Source: Escherichia phage vB_EcoM_G17
Sequence record: MK327931.1
Strand: one strand, 5' to 3'
DNA: 64,000 bases
The notes below the pieces were generated by a model, which had not been told where the DNA came from, made no database searches, and saw only the letters and a program-made list of their open reading frames with translations. Below, one piece after another: positions 60,950 through 64,000 of this stretch (its first letter is position 1; every line of letters starts with the position of its first letter). The translations under genes were made by a program, and so were the position numbers.

Positions 60950-61180
60950 TTATACTGCAATCGCGTCCAGGCTATAATAATAATAAGTGCCGTATTGGTG
61001 TACTTTATTACCTTTTATTTCAGTACTGAATGAATCCGAACGGTTTGCATATGATGTTAATTTAAAGTACTTTGATTTGCTGATACGTTGCCATACACCG
61101 CAGATCCGCTGTAAGTAAGTAGTTTTATTCGTGGTAGTATCTTTTACAGTTTTAACTTCAGTCATATACATATTAGTCAT
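60950..61180 (-). CDS. hypothetical small protein
   Basis: 76-aa ORF. Confidence 0.7.
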   Translation of the reverse strand: MTNMYMTEVKTVKDTTTNKTTYLQRICGVWQRISKSKYFKLTSYANRSDSFSTEIKGNKVHQYGTYYYYSLDAIAV

Positions 61181-61201
61181 TTTTATTACTCCAGGTTATA
61201 G

Positions 61202-61260
61202 GCGGGAAGAGTTCCCGCTCTCGATGTAAAACATTATACGCCATTAAACATAGTTTGCAA
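61202..61260 (-). promoter_or_regulatory. promoter + 5' leader hairpin cassette
   Basis: -35 TTGCAA 61255-60, 16-nt spacer, -10 TATAAT 61233-38; hairpin GCGGGAA-gag-TTCCCGC 61202-18. Confidence 0.75.
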
Positions 61261-61267
61261 GTACTTT

Positions 61268-61534
61268 TTATTCAAGTACTGCAATCTTTTTAGTACGGTA
61301 CACGGTCACGCGGTTGCCCTTTCGGTCGAGCTTTATTTCTACCACTCGACGCGATACACTATCAGGACTTTTCAACGCCGCTAACCAGTACTGTAATGAT
61401 CTGGCGGTACTACGCTTTATAATGGCCCAACGTTTACCACGTTCCGATTGTACGCCCATATCTTTAAACGTTGCCCCGTCCTGGCGTGCGGCGATCCGAG
61501 CTTGTTCACGCGTCGCAAAATACTTAATATTCAT
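61268..61534 (-). CDS. hypothetical protein, paralog of 49086..49490
   Basis: trimmed to MNIKYFATREQARIAARQDGATFKDMG; C-term DRKGNRVTVYRTKK. Confidence 0.75.
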   Translation of the reverse strand: MNIKYFATREQARIAARQDGATFKDMGVQSERGKRWAIIKRSTARSLQYWLAALKSPDSVSRRVVEIKLDRKGNRVTVYRTKKIAVLE

Positions 61535-61619
61535 GCTGTTGCCCTTATCGTTGGTGTATGAATAAAACACTATTATAAAGTACTATCGCAAAAAATGATA
61601 GTACTTTAAATAAATTCTA

Positions 61620-61859
61620 TTACATTCCAACCATTGCAGCACGGATCGCAGTAGTGCTATATTTGAATCCGTCCGGCGTTTTATCTTGTCCAGTCTGTTC
61701 TAAAAATAACATCATATGACGGGCCGCATCATTACGATTAGTATTGGCGGCAATAAAGTCCTGGGCCAACCGGTATAATGATTCATCGTTATTAATCCAA
61801 AGGCTTACATTCCAATGAGTTTTGTTTTTGTGACCTAAGAACATTTTTGATTTAGCCAT
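61620..61859 (-). CDS. hypothetical small protein
   Basis: trimmed to MAKSKMFLGHK. Confidence 0.7.
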   Translation of the reverse strand: MAKSKMFLGHKNKTHWNVSLWINNDESLYRLAQDFIAANTNRNDAARHMMLFLEQTGQDKTPDGFKYSTTAIRAAMVGM

Positions 61860-61879
61860 TTTTTTAATCCTCTTATATA

Positions 61880-61938
61880 GTGGGGAACTATTCCCCACCT
61901 GATGTAAAACATTATACGCTTTTAAACATAGTTTGCAA
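61880..61938 (-). promoter_or_regulatory. promoter + 5' leader hairpin cassette
   Basis: -35 TTGCAA 61933-38, 16-nt spacer, -10 TATAAT 61911-16; hairpin GTGGGGAA-cta-TTCCCCAC 61880-97. Confidence 0.75.
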
Positions 61939-61952
61939 GTACTTTATTAAAC

Positions 61953-62315
61953 TTATTCGTAAATTTTGCCACTGTCAGCCCATACCAGGAAACGAGGCAT
62001 ATTATCCCATGCATCTTGTTTTAAATTTAAACCGTGTAATACTTCTGTACTTTCCATTCCTGGTACTGGTTTACTATACACCGCGAAATTTTCGCCCATA
62101 TACTGATAAACCATCGTCAAATCACTGGCGATCATCTTATGGATCATCGCATCAAGCATCACGGTAGCGGCGTATTGTTCACGCTTAAGCGGCAACATTG
62201 TAATAAGTTCCCGATAAGCTGAAATGTGAATTTTTACCGTTTCAGCCGGAAGACCTTTCATCTCTTCACGGAAGTTGACCAGGTTAGAAATAATTTTATT
62301 GATTTGGGTCGCCAT
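61953..62315 (-). CDS. hypothetical protein
   Basis: trimmed to MATQINKII. Confidence 0.7.
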   Translation of the reverse strand: MATQINKIISNLVNFREEMKGLPAETVKIHISAYRELITMLPLKREQYAATVMLDAMIHKMIASDLTMVYQYMGENFAVYSKPVPGMESTEVLHGLNLKQDAWDNMPRFLVWADSGKIYE

Positions 62316-62339
62316 CGTATTAATCTCTTTTAAAGTGTA

Positions 62340-62398
62340 GCGGGAAGTGTTCCCGCTCTCGATGTAAAACATTATACGCCTTTAAACATAGTTTGCAA
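62340..62398 (-). promoter_or_regulatory. promoter + 5' leader hairpin cassette (rightmost protein-coding unit)
   Basis: -35 TTGCAA 62393-98, 16-nt spacer, -10 TATAAT 62371-76; hairpin GCGGGAA-gtg-TTCCCGC 62340-56. Confidence 0.75.
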
Positions 62399-62634
62399 GT
62401 ACTTTCTACATGTACTTTTAAAATAGTTTTCTTTCTATATAGGGGAACTATCATTCAGTACTATTATTCAGTACTGAATCAACCAAATCACTACTACACC
62501 CCATAAAACGGCCTCAGACGCATTCTAACGCATTAATACACCTAAGCTATACATTTGCACCATTCCAATCATTCCAGGGCTTTACGGGCCGTTTAAACGC
62601 GTTAAATTATTTTCAATTATTTTGTTTTTAGCTA

Positions 62635-62720
62635 TTGACTCAGTACAGAAAAAGCGTATAATTACTACATAGACGCGAGAAAGCGGAAACCCCAGAGGGT
62701 GCGGAATTACGCCCAAAATT
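62635..62720 (+). promoter_or_regulatory. plus-strand promoter followed by a box
   Basis: -35 TTGACT 62635-40, 16-nt spacer, -10 TATAAT 62657-62; hairpin CGC-gagaaa-GCG; box ACCCCAGAGGGTGCGGAATTACGCCCAAAATTC. Confidence 0.55.
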
Positions 62721-62736
62721 CAAGATATAAAAAAAG

Positions 62737-62816
62737 GATACACTCCCGCACCCTAGCAGGTAAACGCACTTTCTCAGTACTGAAATATAGTACCATAGTC
62801 CGGCCCAGGATAGCAA
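62737..62816 (-). promoter_or_regulatory. minus-strand promoter followed by a box, convergent with 62635-62720
   Basis: -35 TTGCTA 62811-16, 18-nt spacer, -10 TACTAT 62787-92; box CCTGCTAGGGTGCGGGAGTGTATCC 62737-60. Confidence 0.5.
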
Positions 62817-62850
62817 GCAAATTAATTAAAACTTTTTTGCTTCCAGGGTA

Positions 62851-62936
62851 TTGCTTTATTTTTTCAGTACTGTATAATAGTTCCATCAAGTCGAGAAAGA
62901 CTCAAGCCCACCGGGTGCATAGTTACGCCCAAAATT
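62851..62936 (+). promoter_or_regulatory. plus-strand promoter followed by a box
   Basis: -35 TTGCTT 62851-56, 16-nt spacer, TGnTATAAT 62873-78; hairpin GTC-gagaaa-GAC; box AGCCCACCGGGTGCATAGTTACGCCCAAAATTC 62905-36. Confidence 0.55.
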
Positions 62937-62974
62937 CAGTACTGAAAAAATTTTTAAAAATATCCGTCCAGGCC

Positions 62975-63003
62975 GTTGACATTGCCCCCAGTTTATAAGA
63001 TAA
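62975..63003 (+). promoter_or_regulatory. plus-strand sigma70-like promoter
   Basis: -35 TTGACA, 17-nt spacer, -10 GATAAT; followed by GGGGAAACTATCCCC hairpin near 63041-55. Confidence 0.45.
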
Positions 63004-63101
63004 TGATTCCAGATTCAGAAAAATCTAACTCCAGATACTGCGGGGAAACTATCCCCACGCGGTAGGGGAACTATTGGAAAAAACAAAATAAAATTTTGAT
63101 T

Positions 63102-63215
63102 TAGCCGTCTATACTTCCAGACGTGTAACCATCTAGCCGTTTAGCCGTCCAAACGTCTAGCCATCCAGAAATCTAGCCGTCTAGATGGATAGCCATCTTT
63201 ACTTCCAGACTTCTG
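63102..63215. repeat. iteron-like short direct repeats plus small palindromes
   Basis: (C)TAGCC(G/A)T(C/T) at ~63102, 63133, 63142, 63157, 63173, 63190; ACTTCCAGAC twice; palindromes AGATGG-atag-CCATCT and CCAGA-ct-TCTGG. Confidence 0.6.
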
Positions 63216-63395
63216 GAGGGCTAGACATATCTACGCCCAAAATCCATCCAGGGTAACTACACCCAAAATCCGTCAGTACTATACCATAGATCTATCTTTT
63301 GAAAGGGAGTATTCAGTACTGCCATCATAGCCCTCACTATGTTACCCTAGGAGGATGAAGACCATCATGTAGTACTGAATACTGTTAGAGGGAAT

Positions 63396-63415
63396 CCACC
63401 AGCACAAGCTGGTGG
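63396..63415. other. palindromic Chi pair (one Chi on each strand)
   Basis: CCACCAGC-acaa-GCTGGTGG, exact. Confidence 0.85.
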
Positions 63416-63607
63416 TATAATGCTTTAGATTAAAATCAGTACTGACACCATTCTGTTAATATCAGTACTGTTATTACGATTTTCATATGAGGTTCAAAAA
63501 GATGTACCACCACAGGAGGAACTATCTTTTCTGTACTGTCTCACGACAGGAGGTAGAGTAAATGAATTGTTCGCAGCAACTCATCACCCCTTGAAGCTAT
63601 GTAGAAC

Positions 63608-63635
63608 ATTATACAGTACTGAATCATAATGTCAA
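63608..63635 (-). promoter_or_regulatory. sigma70 consensus promoter with no ORF downstream
   Basis: -35 TTGACA 63630-35, 16-nt spacer, TGnTATAAT 63608-13; leftward transcript has no ORF above ~20 aa. Confidence 0.6.
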
Positions 63636-64000
63636 TAGCTTTCTTTCATTATTCAGTACTGATATTCTTGAGAACTACCCGACTACAAACATCATTATAT
63701 CCCACAAATCATAAACGTCCCAACGTAAATTTCAACTTTCGAAGATCCAACTTTTATTTCATAGGTACTCCAAAATTTTTAGGATCGAGATTTAGGATGG
63801 AGTACTAACCAACTTTTTGCTGGAGCCTCAAGGGGTAATTGAATTTTACCCCGAAGGGTAAAAGGGTAATTGTAATTAAGGTGAAAGTAATAATTCAGTA
63901 CTAATCATTGCGTGATTACTTTTGATTACATTTGATGTAATTTGCAAAATGGAAAAGGAGCTTGGAAACTACAAAGTACGGCAGACTTCCTCTGCCTACT

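Noticed and set aside
1865-62167. All plus-strand ORFs in the track (e.g. 25782..26234, 45807..46274, 51477..51887, 54314..54580, 62699..62998)
   Set aside because: They lie antisense to better minus-strand genes or run through promoters and hairpins. They have low-complexity, Leu/Ser/Phe-rich translations, often non-ATG starts and no SD. They are typical shadow ORFs of AT-rich DNA.
43763-62372. N-terminal extensions in the ORF track (e.g. MVLPPKLRSFIM.., MRGNGSPPNKEREIK.., MGNSSPLYKRIKK.., MFYIESGNTSRYTLKEINT..)
   Set aside because: The extensions are translations of the leader hairpin and promoter. An internal ATG with a proper SD follows in each case, so the coordinates were trimmed.
1-64000. 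Prophage or mobile-element interpretation
   Set aside because: There is no integrase, transposase, att-like flanks or host genes. The uniform strand, composition and phage-type regulatory architecture indicate an internal segment of a lytic phage genome.

Overview
AT-rich (about one-third G+C by eye, not computed), very gene-dense bacteriophage-like DNA. I saw no rRNA, tRNA, integrase, transposase or CRISPR. Every convincing gene is on the minus strand. The track's plus-strand ORFs look like antisense shadows. The ORF track also uses alternative start codons, and several N-termini are over-extended across promoters or leader hairpins. I trimmed those where an SD+ATG was clear. Non-ORF coordinates were read by hand and may be off by 1-2 nt.

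Layout:
1. 1-8.1 kb holds miscellaneous small genes. They include four 'family C' paralogs, an HxGH/SxTxxR nucleotidyltransferase coupled to a phage-type Dam N6-adenine methyltransferase, and a ~0.5 kb ORF-poor, GC-richer island.
2. 8.2-43.3 kb holds two very large head-to-tail paralog arrays that I do not recognise. Family A has 53 genes plus 1 truncated copy (100-207 aa) sharing an acidic-x-F-Q-x-S-(L/T)-V core. Family B has 33 genes (52-96 aa) sharing an (L/F)LGTxxQE core. The two families are interleaved at two places.
3. 43.3-62.4 kb looks like an early or host-takeover region of about 55 tiny genes. Nearly every gene or mini-operon has its own near-consensus sigma70 promoter, a conserved G-rich 5' leader hairpin and an SD. 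Recognisable products are a protein-kinase-like protein, a TraR/DksA zinc finger and a signal-peptide protein. Embedded here are repeated terminator-plus-promoter modules, a conserved 'GCCCAC-N-GGGTGC' box and a few plus-strand promoters that would make antisense RNAs.
4. 62.4-64 kb is ORF-free and repeat-rich, with facing promoters, iteron-like repeats and a palindromic Chi pair.

Two window-wide sequence signals stand out. The palindrome AGTACT is strongly over-represented (about 5 per kb by eye). E. coli Chi octamers cluster in the early region, co-oriented on the minus strand, which suggests an enterobacterial host.
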